From Camelus dromedarius (taxonomy: Eukaryota), in NCBI RefSeq assembly GCF_036321535.1, contig NC_087437.1:40302001-40366000 (forward strand): a stretch of 64,000 nucleotides of DNA, written 5' to 3'. The position numbers and the translations under genes are program-made. Positions 52,836-64,000 of the stretch are shown here, in pieces (position 1 is the stretch's first letter; every line of letters begins with the position of its first letter). The notes under the pieces were generated by a model. That model saw nothing but the letters and a program-made list of their open reading frames with translations. It ran no database searches and was not told the DNA's origin.

Positions 52836-54270
52836 AAAATGCAGAGGCAGGTATGAGAACCTAGCTTTTTTCTATTAAGCCAGACATTCAAGAGATTTGT
52901 TTAAAATGTTAAAATAGTGCCACTCTTCTCACCTATTTTTTGTTTTGAAGAATACTTTTTTCATAAAAACACATATGTTAACTTTAATCTTTCATTGTTG
53001 TTTTTAAAGTAATTAATAAATAACTATTTTTAATTTCAGTTTTTTTAATTTCTTTTTTTTAACATTTTTTATTGATTTATAATCATTTTACAATGTTGTG
53101 TCAAATTCCAGTGTTCAGCACAATTTTTCAGTTATTCATGGACATATACACACTCATTGTCACATTTTTTTCTCTGTGAGTTATCATAACATTTTGTGTA
53201 TATTTCCCTGTGCTATACAGTGTAGTCTATTCTACAATTTTGAAATCCCAGTCTATCCCTTCCCACCCTCCACCCCCCTGGTAACCACAAGTCTGTATTC
53301 TCTGTCTGTGAGTCTATTTCTGTCCTTTATTTACGCTTTGTTTTTGTTTGTTTGTTTTTGTTTTTGTTTTTTAGATTCCACATATGAGCGATCTCATATG
53401 GTATTTTTCTTTCTCTTTCTGGCTTACTTCACTTAGAATGACATTCTCCAGGAGCATCCATGTTGCTGCAAATGGCATTATGTTGTCAGTTTTTATGGCT
53501 GAGTAGTATTCCATTGTATAAATATACCACATCTTCTTTATCCAGTCACCTGTTGATGGACATTTAGGCTGTTTCCCATGTTTTGGCTATTGTAAATAGT
53601 GCTGCTATGAACATTGGGGTGCAGGTGTCATCCTGAAGTAGATTTCCTTCTGGATACAAGCCCAGGAGTGGGATTCCTGGGTCATATGGTAAGTCTATTC
53701 CTAGTCTTTTGAGGAATCTCCACACTGTTTTCCATAGTGGCTGCACCAAACTGCATTCCCACCAGCAGTGTAGGAGGGTTCCCCTTTCTCCACAGCCTCT
53801 CCAGCATTTGTCATTTGTGGATTTTTGAATGACGGCCACTCTGACTGGTGTGAGGTGATACCTCATTGTAGTTTTGATTTGCTTTTCTCTGATAATTAGT
53901 GATACTGAGCATTTTTTCATGTGCTTTTTGATCATTTGTATGTCTTCCTTGGAGAATTGCTTGTTTAGGTCTTCTGCCCATTTTTGGATTGGGTTGTTTA
54001 TTTTTTTCTTATTGAGTCGTATGAGCTGAGCTGCTTATATATTCTGGAGATCAAGCCTTTGTCGGTTTCACTTGCAAAAATTTTCTCCCATTCCGTAGGT
54101 TTTCTTCTTGTTTTATTTCTGGTTTCCTTTGCTGTGCCAGTTTTTTTAATTTCTAATGCAGTAAAATATTGACAGAAATAATCCACAAAAACAGACACTT
54201 TTTAGCATCCTCCGTGATTGTTAACAGAGTATTTAAGGAGTCCAGAGACCAGAAAGTGTGAAGGTCTCTT
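52836..54270. mobile_element. Charlie1 3'-end fragment interrupted by the L1 at 53054-54137
   Basis: gcagaggcaggtatgagaac...tattaagccagacatt... lies before the L1, and taatgcagtaaaatattgacaga...gagaccagaaagtgtga resumes after it. Confidence 0.7.
53054..54137 (-). mobile_element. Young 5'-truncated L1 (ORF2 C-terminus plus 3' UTR) with 17-bp TSD
   Basis: ORF 53564-53935 (-) encodes L1 ORF2 C-terminal motifs ([41 protein letters not shown]). TSD cagtttttttaatttct lies at 53037-53053 and 54138-54154. Confidence 0.95.
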
Positions 54271-54522
54271 CCAGAGCAGCTTTGCATTTAAAGGCCTTTG
54301 ACAAACATGACTGAAAATAAGGAGAGTTTGATGACACACAGAGTCCTGTGGTTTAAAAATGAACAAACAAACAGAAAGGATGAAGGAGGGGCTTTAGAAA
54401 TGGAAGCAGACAGACTAGGACCAGAAAACCCAAGCTGGAGGTTTACACAGAAAGGAGGAGGAGCAAGAGCTCTGAGGAGGTGGTCCCCGGGGTGTAAGCG
54501 AGTGACCCGCTCAGCCTGGACC

Positions 54523-54616
54523 GGCTGCACCCGGCAGACGTGGCTGCACCCGGCAGACGTGGCTGCACCCGGCAGACGTGGCTGCACCCGGCAGACGTGG
54601 CTGCCGGGCAACGTCG
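54523..54616. repeat. 19-bp GC-rich minisatellite (ggctgcacccggcagacgt) x4 plus one degenerate unit
   Basis: Perfect copies start at 54523, 54542, 54561 and 54580; ggctgccgggcaacgt follows at 54599. Confidence 0.95.
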
Positions 54617-55589
54617 GCGATCCGGTGTTTGAGACGCGGGGATGATTGCAGATTATGGCTGCATGTGTTAACAATGCCATTTAAATTGCATCTGTCCAAG
54701 TCCCTGGTGGCATCATCACTCATGGTTACCCTTCTGCTGTCATATGTCCACGTTACTTATGAAGAAATGGCAAACTTGCAGAAGGAAGAATGGAGGACTT
54801 TGGATTCAAGTAGCCCTGGACTCAAAATCCTGTCTAGTCCTGCCTTCATCTAGTGTGAGATCTTAACTCTTTCAGACTTGTCCTGCTGAAAGTGCAGGCC
54901 TTGGAAACAAAAGCACTGTGACTTTGGCTCTGACTCTTGATGCGTGGCTTCTCTGGCAGCAGCCCACTGTCTGAGCCTGATTCTCCAGCTTTTCCAGGAA
55001 GTCTGAGCCACTCAGACTTTAACAATAAATTCTTCTTCTTCTTCTTCTTCCAGCAGTAAATGAAGGTTACAATTTGCCACATCCTTCTTAACACTTGTTA
55101 TTGGCCATCTTTTTTTATCAGAGCCATCCTAGCCAGGGTTGATTTCCACTGCTTGCAGCTAAAACAACTGTGGATCATCTCAAAATGAATTAAATCATAA
55201 ACACTTTGTGGAAAGCCCTCACTATAAGACTGCTTCATTTTCCAAGTTGAAGGACTACTTATGACTTGTGTGAGGACAGAGCAGTAAGAAGTCGATATTG
55301 TAAAACCCCAGAAGGCAAGCAGCATTGGCCCGTGAGCCCATAGGGAACTTTCCACACTTTTGGAATGGATAGTTCCTGAAAATATCTAGGCCCAACTTCC
55401 AAATACCAATTCTTGCACAGGCTCTCTCTGGCTCCTGGAGGCAACATATGAATCAAGCCACAAGTTCCAGGGAATTAAAACATCCCCAGGAGCAGCCTTC
55501 AACAGACGCCTGCTAGGAGATGGTAGATAAATATTCCAGCTCCCTCCTCCCTCAGGCAGGACAGTATTTTTGAACATCTTATCTCTTAT

Positions 55590-56795
55590 TTTTTTATTGA
55601 GATATAATTTATACACTATAAAATTCACACTTTTAAAGTGCACAATTTGGCAGTTTTTAGTATATTTGTATAGTTGTGCAACCATCCCTTCTATTTAATC
55701 CCAGAACATTTTTATCACTCCAAAAAGAAACCCTGTACCGATCAGCAGCCACACCCATTCCAGCCTTTCTCCAGCCCCTAGCAACCACTAATCTGCTTTT
55801 TGTCTCTATGGATTTGTCTTTAGGGAAATTTCATATAAACAGAATCATACAAAGTGTAGCCTTTTGTGCCTGGCTTCTTTCACTTAATATGTTTTCAAGA
55901 TTTAATCATGTTGTCACATATATCAGTACTTTATTATTTTTTATTGCTGCATAAATTCTGTGGATGTACCACACTTTGTTTATCCATTCATCAGTTGATG
56001 GACATTCGGGTTGTTGTCACTTTTGGCTAGACTGAATAATGCTGTTATGAGCATTCACATACACTTCTGTATGGACATATGTTTTTATTTCTCTTGGATA
56101 TGCACCTAGGAGTGGAATTGCTGGGTCATATGATAACTGTTTAACTTTTTGAGGAACTGGAAAATTGTTTTCCAAAGCAGCTGCACCAAAATTTTCACCA
56201 GCAATGTATGCCAGTTCCAATTCCTCCAAATCCCCACTAACACTTACTGTTGTCCATCTTTTTTATTACTGGCCGTCCCAGTGGGCGTGAAGAGGTACCT
56301 CACTGCAGTTTTGATTTGCGTTTCCCTAATGATTAATGATGTTTGCTGTGGACTGAATGTGTTCCTCCAAGTCCGCATGCTGAAGCCTTAATATGATGGT
56401 ATTTGGAGGCTGGGACTTCGGGAGGTAATTGGGTCATGGAGGTGGAGCTCCATGTTGAGATTAATGTCCTTATTAGAATAGGGGAAGAGAGTTAGCCCCC
56501 TCTCTCTCCTCCACGTGAGATACAGGAAGACAGTCATTTGCAAAACAGTAAGAGGGCCTTCAAAAACCCGACCACCCTGGCACCTTGATCTTGGACTTCC
56601 AGCCTATAGAGCTGTGAGAAATTAATGTCTGTTTAAGCCATTTGTTCTATGGTATTCTGTCATAGCAGCTGGGACAGACTAAGACAGATGTTAAACATCG
56701 TTTCTTGTACTTATTGGCCATTTGCATGTATTTTTGGGAGAAATATCTATCCTTGCCTGTTTTTAAATTGGGTTGTCCTTTTATTGTTGAGTTGT
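55590..56795 (-). mobile_element. L1MB-like 3' fragment interrupted by an MLT1A LTR
   Basis: tttttattgagatataatt...aaaattcacacttttaaagtgcacaatt 3' end; ORF 56017-56229 (-) contains the L1 ORF2 motif YDPAIPLLGAYPRE. Confidence 0.85.
56344..56686. mobile_element. MLT1A-like MaLR solo LTR nested in L1
   Basis: tgctgtggactgaatg ... gactaagaca, flanked on both sides by gatgtt (56338-56343 and 56687-56692). Confidence 0.85.
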
Positions 56796-56877
56796 ATCTG
56801 TCAGGATAATTTTGAGGTGCATGTTCTACACTGTCTGCAGAGTTCTTTCTCCATTTGGGATTAATATATGTTTGTCA

Positions 56878-57020
56878 GAGGGGAGGGTGTAGCTCAAATA
56901 GTAGAGTGCATGCTTAGCACGCATGAGGTCCTCTTCTAAACAAACAATCCCCAGTACCTCCTCTAAACAAACAAACAAACGAACAAATCTAATTACCTCC
57001 CCCCTGAAGAAAAAGTTTTT
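56878..57020 (+). mobile_element. tRNA-Ala-derived SINE (camelid vic-1-like) with disrupted B box
   Basis: ggggagggtgtagctcaaatagtagagtgcatgcttagcacgcatgaggtcct..., (aaac)n linker and ctaattacctcccccc tail; decayed TSD taatatatgtttgtca / taatgtacatttgtca. Confidence 0.85.
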
Positions 57021-57082
57021 TAATGTACATTTGTCACACTGGTAACTTGCTTGGTAACATCCTTTATTGGCACCTTCCCTTC

Positions 57083-57553
57083 TGTATTGGTCTGCTGGGA
57101 CTGCCGTAATAAAGTCCCCCCAGACTGGATGGCTTAAACAGCAGAAATGTAGTGTCTCACAGTTCTGGAGGCTAGAAGTCCAAGATCAAGATGTCAGCTG
57201 TGTTGGTTCCTTCTGAATGCTATGAAAAAAAAAATCTGTTCCATCCCTTTAACCTAGATTCTGGTGGTTTGCTGGTGATCCTTGGTGTCCTTGGTTTGTA
57301 GAAATATCACTCTAATCTCCGCCTTCATGCTCACGTGGTGTTCTACCTGTGTGCATGTCTGTGTCCACATTTCCCCTTTTGATAAAGACATGAGTTATGT
57401 TGGACGAGGGCCCACTCTGCTGCATATGACCTCATCCTAACCTAAGTCATGACATGTGTAATATCCTATTCCCAAATGCAGTCACATTTTGAGGTACTGG
57501 GGGTTGGGACTTCAACCTATAGATTTTTGGGGGAGAAAATTCAACCCAAAACA
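57083..57553. mobile_element. MLT1B/C-like MaLR LTR, nested in an older LTR16-like element (~56830-57672)
   Basis: ggcttaaacagcagaaatg...cacagttctggaggctagaagtccaagatcaag...gaggtactgggggttgggacttcaac. The host LTR ends ctcaaatccttatctcaaggcctgcttcctgggga...aagaca. Confidence 0.75.
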
Positions 57554-59801
57554 TTTTCTTTGTCTCACTCTCCTATTCCTCAGTTGATATTTCCTGAGGT
57601 CACTGCCCAATAATCTACATGTACTCAAATCCTTATCTCAAGGCCTGCTTCCTGGGGAGCCAAAGCCAAGACAGAAAAATAATCCAGGCCTCAGTAGGTT
57701 TAAAGGTGAACATCACCCCCAGGTCCTCCAATGACTCCCTCCCAACAGGGTGGAAACGTCCACTGACACTCTCCCTTTCTAAACGGACCAAGGGCTTGGA
57801 CTGGAAATATGAACTCATTGGCTACTTGTCCTAAAACTTAATATAACTTGATAACTCTAGGGTTGGTAGTCTTACTCAGTCAAGCTTTTGCAGTTTATTC
57901 AGTGACATTTTCAACCCATAAAAAGAATTCAAGTGAAGTAGGTAGATTAGAAGGAACGTTTTTTGCCAAAACAGTGGAGCTGGATACGGGCACTGTCTAA
58001 AATTCTGGATAAAAATTCGCCACGTCACTACTCACTTCCCCCAGAGCCTACCACACGTGCTTCTGATGAGTTGGAGTTTTGGATTTCCCTAAACACACCA
58101 AGCTTTCATATTTTCTTCTCCCTGCCTGGGCTATTTCCTCTGTCCCACCAACAACTCACAAGTTCTCACACTTTAAGTTCCAGCTCAGACATCACTTCTT
58201 ATTGTAAGTCATTCCCAACTTAGTCTAATCACGGTGAATTCCAGGACCTGTGTGCCAGTGTGGGTCGGCAGGGGCCTGGAGCTCCTGGCAGCCATCTCGC
58301 CACCACATGGAGCCCAAGAATGAGGACAAGTGGAGATGAGCAGACAAGAGATGGAGAGAAGCCAACTCCTGGGGACAGAACTGAATTCCTGGATCAACCT
58401 GTGCCAGACCCTGCCCATCCTTTGCCATTTCAGTGTCATGTGCCAAAGTACTTCACCTTCTTGCTTAACTCAACTTGAGTCGGTTGTTGCTTAAGTGAAT
58501 CCAGAGATCTAAGCCTGAGTCATGCATGAGATACAACTTCCGAGACATAGGCAGGAGAGCTGTGGGGACTCTCAGCCCTCTGCTTGACCAACACCTAACC
58601 AACACCTATGTCAGGTCTCTTCTGGGTAGAACATTTTGTTAATTAAGTCACATAATTTGGAAGTCTCATTTATGTTATAAACTCAAAATCATATTCCCTA
58701 ATGTTTTAACCAAGGGATTTGGGGAATTAACATTTTCACCATATCTTGCACTTAGTGGATATTCAATTCAAATCTCTAGATATGATTTTTCTACTTCTCA
58801 GAATCTAAAATTATAGAAATGGAGGAGATATTAAAGATACAGAGTCTACTTCTCTCATTTTACACATGAGGAAACATTTGCACAGACAGATTAAATGACT
58901 TTGCAAAAGTCATGCTACTAGCTAATGGTGGAGCCAGAGGGATAGAACCCCGGTCTCCCAACTCCCATCCTAATGCTTTTTTCACTGTATTTCTACCCAA
59001 ACCAGCCAGCACAGTACTGAGCACAAAGGAAGTGCCCAATTAATGAAGAAATGACTGATTACCCACAGGGCCTGCCGCTCAACTCAGGCAGAGGTCTGAG
59101 AGCACCAGCTATGAGCCATCTCCAAAAGACAGGAAAAATGTTCGAAGAGCCACCTAGCTGCAGGATTCCTGAGCGAGCTGGCCTGCACTAGCTGCCTGCA
59201 TGCGATTTTGGAGAGTAGCTCAGACCTCAGGTAAACTGGTTTCTTGCAAGCCAGAGATGATTCCTCCAGGGCTGCCGCCAGCAAGCATCCTGGAGGCGAC
59301 TTGGGCTGAACTGGTGCTGTCCCAAGCCGCTATCTTTAATTGCTGCTTTGAAGAACCAGGAGATTCAAAGAGGTGGGTCTCTTGCTCTGAAATAGTAATT
59401 TCCTGTCTATTAGAGGGGGGAAAACACCACATGATCACCTTTAAGACTTTGGGTGTTTAGATGGAAAACAAGCTGGCCATGACATGTCCCACGTGGAAGG
59501 ATTTGTTGCTTTTGAGTCACCCTCTCCTCTGAGCAATGGGAGATCTCAACCCTCCTGATTAAAAAGTCCTAGCTCTCAAACCCACAGCATCCACCTCAGC
59601 AACTCAGAGCTGAGAAGCAGACTAGACTTCTGATGTGACAGTCAGCTCCACCACATGCTTGGCTTTTGGACTCCCGCTTCTACCCCATTCCTCATTCCAG
59701 CGCCAAATCACAATAATAGTGAGACTGGGAGAAACAAAGTGGTCTGGCGCAGACTCAAGTGCCAAAACTACCTGGAGCCCAACCCTAAGGCCCTCCTTTT
59801 T

Positions 59802-60075
59802 TTTTTTTTTTTAACATTTTTTATTGATTTATAATCATTTTACAATGTTGTGTCAAATTCCAGTGTTCAGCACAATTTTTCAGTTATTCATGGACATATA
59901 CACACTCATTGTCACATTTTTTTCTCTGTGAGTTATCATAACATTTTGTGTATATTTCCCTGTGCTATACAGTGTAGTCTATTCTACAATTTTGAAATCC
60001 CAGTCTATCCCTTCCCACCCTCCACCCCTCTGGTAACCACAAGTCTGTATTCTCTGTCTGTGAGTCTATTTCTGT
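59802..60075 (-). mobile_element. Young 5'-truncated L1 (3' UTR only, ~275 bp) with 16-bp TSD
   Basis: Poly-T followed by sequence nearly identical to the 3' end of the L1 at 53054; TSD taaggccctccttttt at 59786-59801 and 60076-60091. Confidence 0.95.
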
Positions 60076-61309
60076 TAAGGCCCTCCTTTTTGCTCAGGGA
60101 CTTCTAAGGTAGGTCACAAATGCTCCCCAGTAGCCACAGTAGCCCTTCTGTGAGCCTAGCATGCTCCCTGCCCCCTCACCCGTGCTCAGGGACCACCCCT
60201 GCTATAGGCCCTTCCTTGCTGTGCATCTGTCTCCCTTCCCGCCAGAGTTGCTGCCTCATCATTGCCCTCCTGGCACCTTGTCTCCACCCGGCCTCCCTTC
60301 TGCCTGATTCCAGCTGTCACTGCTCTGCCCCTTGGAGCCTCCTGCTCTCTGGTTCCATCAATTGTCATCAACAGACTCTGTTTCATGAAACATCTCTTCT
60401 CTTTACAGGAAGGTGACACGAGACACCTGGTGGGTAGGACTGGAAGGTGAGGTGAACGGCATTGGCAGGGACGCAGGCAGCAATATCCCTGACACCAGTG
60501 TCCACCCAGGTACTGTATGGGTCAATTCCTTGCTCATCAGGTACTCTCAAAGGCTGCCCAGTGATGTGAGGATCTTAATCTCTAGTCCAGCTCCCACCCT
60601 ACTAGCCAATAATCCATCCATCCATCTATCCATCCATCTATCCATTGTTCAGCAAATATAAATCACTGATAAATGCAAACAAGGCAGGCTATTCCAAGAA
60701 CTGCGGATACAGCTAGTACAGGACAGAGAAGGCCTCCAGGCTCTTAGAAGCCTATTTTTTCAGTGAAGTGAAGTAGGCAATAAACAAGCGTACAAATGGT
60801 AATTTTAGAGAGCCATGTGTTCTTGAGGAAATTCAAATGGCACAGAGAGCAAGGGGAGGGCAAGGCCAGTACTTTGGATCAAGCTTAGGGAAGGACTCTC
60901 AGAGGAGGCGACATTTAAATAGATGCCTAACCGAGAAGAAGGGTCCAGGCACGCAAGGACCCTGGGGAATGGCTCCAGGCAGGGGCCCAGCAGTGTGCAG
61001 GCCTGCAGGCAGGAAGAGGCTTTGCCTGCTCAGAATGGGGCATCGTGAGTGAGGAGAGCATGGAATGGGTGAGGTGGGAGAGGCCGGTGAAGGGCTCTAT
61101 ACACCCGATGCAGATGGGAGTCTCCTCGGATGGAAGGCACCCCCGCCGATCCCCTGCCCAGGCTGCTGCATGGAGAGGGGACCGCAGTCAGGAGGCTGTG
61201 ACAGAGCCGGGCCGGGGGGTGTGCGTTAGGGGACAGTGTGGAGACCCGAAAAGGGGCAGAATCACAATATATTTTTAAAGACAAGAGAATTGCCTTAGGA
61301 ACATATTCA

Positions 61310-61710
61310 AACATGCTACAGTTCTGGAGGTCAGAAGTCTGAAATGGGGGCTAAGATCAAGGTGTCAGCAGAGCTGTTCGCTGAAGGTTCTGGGGGAGAA
61401 CCTGTCTTCTTGCCTTTTCCAGCGTCTAGAGGCTCCTATGGGTACAGCTCTGCCGTCAAAGCGGCACTCGCCTGGCTGTGACTTTTGCTTCTGTCGTCAC
61501 ATCTCCCTCTCTGACTGTCTTGCCTCCTTTCATTTTAAGGACCGTGGTGATTCCACTGGGCCCACCCAATAATCCAAGATGATCTCCCCACCTCGAGATT
61601 CTTGACGTTTCCGCGTCTCCGCAGCCCTCTTGCCGAGTAGGGCAGCGCGTGCCTAGGTGCTGGGATGGGACCGTGGACGTCTTTGATGGGCCATCATTCT
61701 GTCCACCACA
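61310..61710. mobile_element. MLT1D-like MaLR LTR
   Basis: acagttctggaggtcagaagtctgaaatggg...gggcccacccaataatccaagatgatctcccc...ccatcattctgtccaccaca. Confidence 0.75.
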
Positions 61711-63149
61711 CTCTCCGTAGATTTTTTTCCCTCTCATTGCTGCTTTGCTTATTGTCAGCTTTAACCATTTCTAAAGCTCTGGCCTTCTCTCAGTTAGCTG
61801 GTCAGGCCTTCCTCTCTCCCTCCCTTGTATTCAGCAGTCACGTTCTGTGCGCCTACTCTGTGCTAAACATTCTGCCGGGCATTGTGGGGAGAAAACTATG
61901 TATCCAGACCCTCGAGGAGTTTACAGTCAGCTTTCCTGGACAGTCTGCTTACTGGTCCAGTTAAAGTGAGCTGGCCATCATGAAAGGTCACAGCTCAATG
62001 AGGCAGGCGTTTCAAGAGGCAGCCACCACGTTGTCACCTCTGCCGAGTTTCCACCACTGGGGCCACTAATACACTATCTGACTCATGGGAAGAAACATTG
62101 ATAAATTCACCAAGAAAGGAGAGAGCTAACAAGAAGGAGTATGGGCCAACATTTGACATGGTGGTTTTCACAAAGTGTGGGCCCGACTCCCTGGTTGGCG
62201 CCGGGCCGCCTGGACCACTCACATACTCCCCCAGGGCTCACCACCCACCGGCGCCCGGGTCTCTGACCTCACCTCCCACCTCTCCCAGTGCGGCTTTCTG
62301 AAAGACATCTGAGCCATTTCTTGGTAAATGTTCCCACAAACCAGTCTCAGGAAATGCTTGACAAAACACTCGGCCCCCAACGAGTTCTTATCTCTTAAAG
62401 ACACATACTGAAATATTTACGGATGAAGTGATACGGGATCTGGGATGTGCTTCTGAGCAAATATGTGGGAGGAAGTGGGTGGGTATGGATGAAATAAGCT
62501 TAGCCATGAGTTAATAATTGTTGAAATTGGGTGATAAGAACATGGGGGGGGGTCATTATACTAGTCTATTTTTTGCATGTTTAAAATTTTCCATAATTAA
62601 AAAAGTTAAGGGGCAAAAGGGCACTTCATCTCATGTCATGGAAACAGACTTAACTTTTGGATTAGTTTGGGTATTTTACTGCCTAAATAATTGCCTAGAC
62701 TAAAACAGTAAGTAAATGCAGGCATATGGCTGACAAACAGTCATTTTGTGGAGTCTCGGGAGTCACAGCAGGGAAGAGAAAGTACTAGGTATCTTGTCTG
62801 CTGCTCGTCTTGAAACTATTATGGTCCTGTGCCGCAGGGAAGAAGCACATAAAACTCTGGAACATTATTCCAGTAATTGGATTCAAAGGGCTGAAGATAC
62901 CATCTGGGAAAAGACAGTTTAACTTGATTAAGAGATAATTGTGGTTTTTTATGATGGCGGCAATGATCTGGCTTGACCTGTCTCAAAATTTTCATACATT
63001 AGTTTCCAGGCAGCCTATTAGCATTATAATCCCTTTGAATCATGAAACTGTACAAGTCCGAGAAAAACAACTGTGACATGGATAGAATTGTCTTTGGAAC
63101 ATCTTCACCAGCCTTTTTAGCACTCCTGTGAGGCAGTATCATACACTGG

Positions 63150-63345
63150 AAAGATCACAAAAAAATTGACTCGACTTCCATCTCACACCTGCTGTGACTT
63201 TTGGCAAGTTACATAAGCTCTCCAGACCTCAGTTTCCTCATCTATAAAATGGGCCTAATAATACCTACTTTGCAGGGATGCTGTGAGGATTATGGGTAAT
63301 GTATGCAAAATGCCTCTCCCATCACAGACACTCAGTTAATGGTAT
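63150..63345. mobile_element. MIR SINE
   Basis: MIR core: gctgtgacttttggcaagttac...cctcagtttcctcatctataaaatggg...tgtgaggatta. Other MIR relics occur near 5370-5490, 15700-15830, 17840-18090, 26450-26575 and 58850-58990. Confidence 0.75.
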
Positions 63346-64000
63346 CCTGTATTTATAACTGCATGTTCCTCTTTAGCCTACTCCACATCTCCCAATATAG
63401 TGCCTAACACATGGTAGGAAGGCAGCACATGTTTGTTGAATTACATTAAAGCTTGAGGTGGTAGATAGAGTTGGGAGGAAGTATTAAGACTATACCTGAA
63501 CCTTCCCTTTGCAGGCCACACATTCTCATGAGAGCTTCTCCACCTAATTGCTCAAACCAGAAGACAAAGAGTCATTCATATCTCCCTCCTTCTCTCCCTT
63601 ACATATAATCAATCACCAAATTCTATCTATTCAAGTTTTTAATTTTCACTAGAATCTATTCACGTCCCTCAAATTCTACTGCTACTGCCTTAGTTCAAGA
63701 CTGTCTTCTTTTTCACCTGTTCTATAGCCAAGTCAGGTCTCTTCACATCTGTTCTCAATTCTTTCTCTTCACTGTAGCTGGAGGGATTTTTTTTTTTTTT
63801 GAAAATTTTAAATATTTACAAAATAGAGAGCTTAATAAACTTCCATGTACCCATCACACAGTTTCAACAATAATCAACTTTGTCTCATATATACTCCACC
63901 CACTTTCTCCAAAATTCTTGAATCATTTGAAGCAAATTCTAGAAGTCACAGCTTTTGGTGGGGGTTCTTTTCATGCATTCAGAATGAAATTCTAAATCCT

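Noticed and set aside
54523..54616. Regular short repeats resembling a CRISPR array
   Set aside because: The units are head-to-tail with no spacers and the DNA is mammalian; this is a minisatellite, and the ORFs spanning it are by-products.
53098..60107. Two ORFs with the same 75-aa N-terminus (MSNSSVQHNF...) suggesting a duplicated gene
   Set aside because: Both are antisense translations of the same L1 3' UTR, with non-ATG starts.

Overview
Mammalian genomic DNA, probably camelid (inferred from tRNA-Ala-derived vic-1-like SINEs). It contains the complete 8-exon SEC62 gene on the + strand: CDS join 16296-16331, 24119-24227, 25231-25336, 30802-31006, 31254-31346, 33785-33845, 35622-35741, 39645-40111. 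That is 1197 nt and 398 aa, with all introns GT-AG, a CpG-island promoter and an AT-rich 3' UTR. Downstream lies a decayed processed pseudogene of POLR2L (RPB10) that the ORF track misses. The rest is interspersed repeats (L1, L2, MIR, MaLR/ERVL LTRs, Tigger/Charlie DNA transposons); family names come from remembered consensus sequences, not a search. The most unusual structure is a MER82-like transposon split by an ~890-bp insert that starts at the 5' end of a tRNA-derived SINE and carries ~800 bp of other genomic sequence, which looks like a SINE-driven 3' transduction. There are also several TSD-flanked L1 insertions, two of them near-identical and young. I see no evidence for a second intact protein-coding gene.
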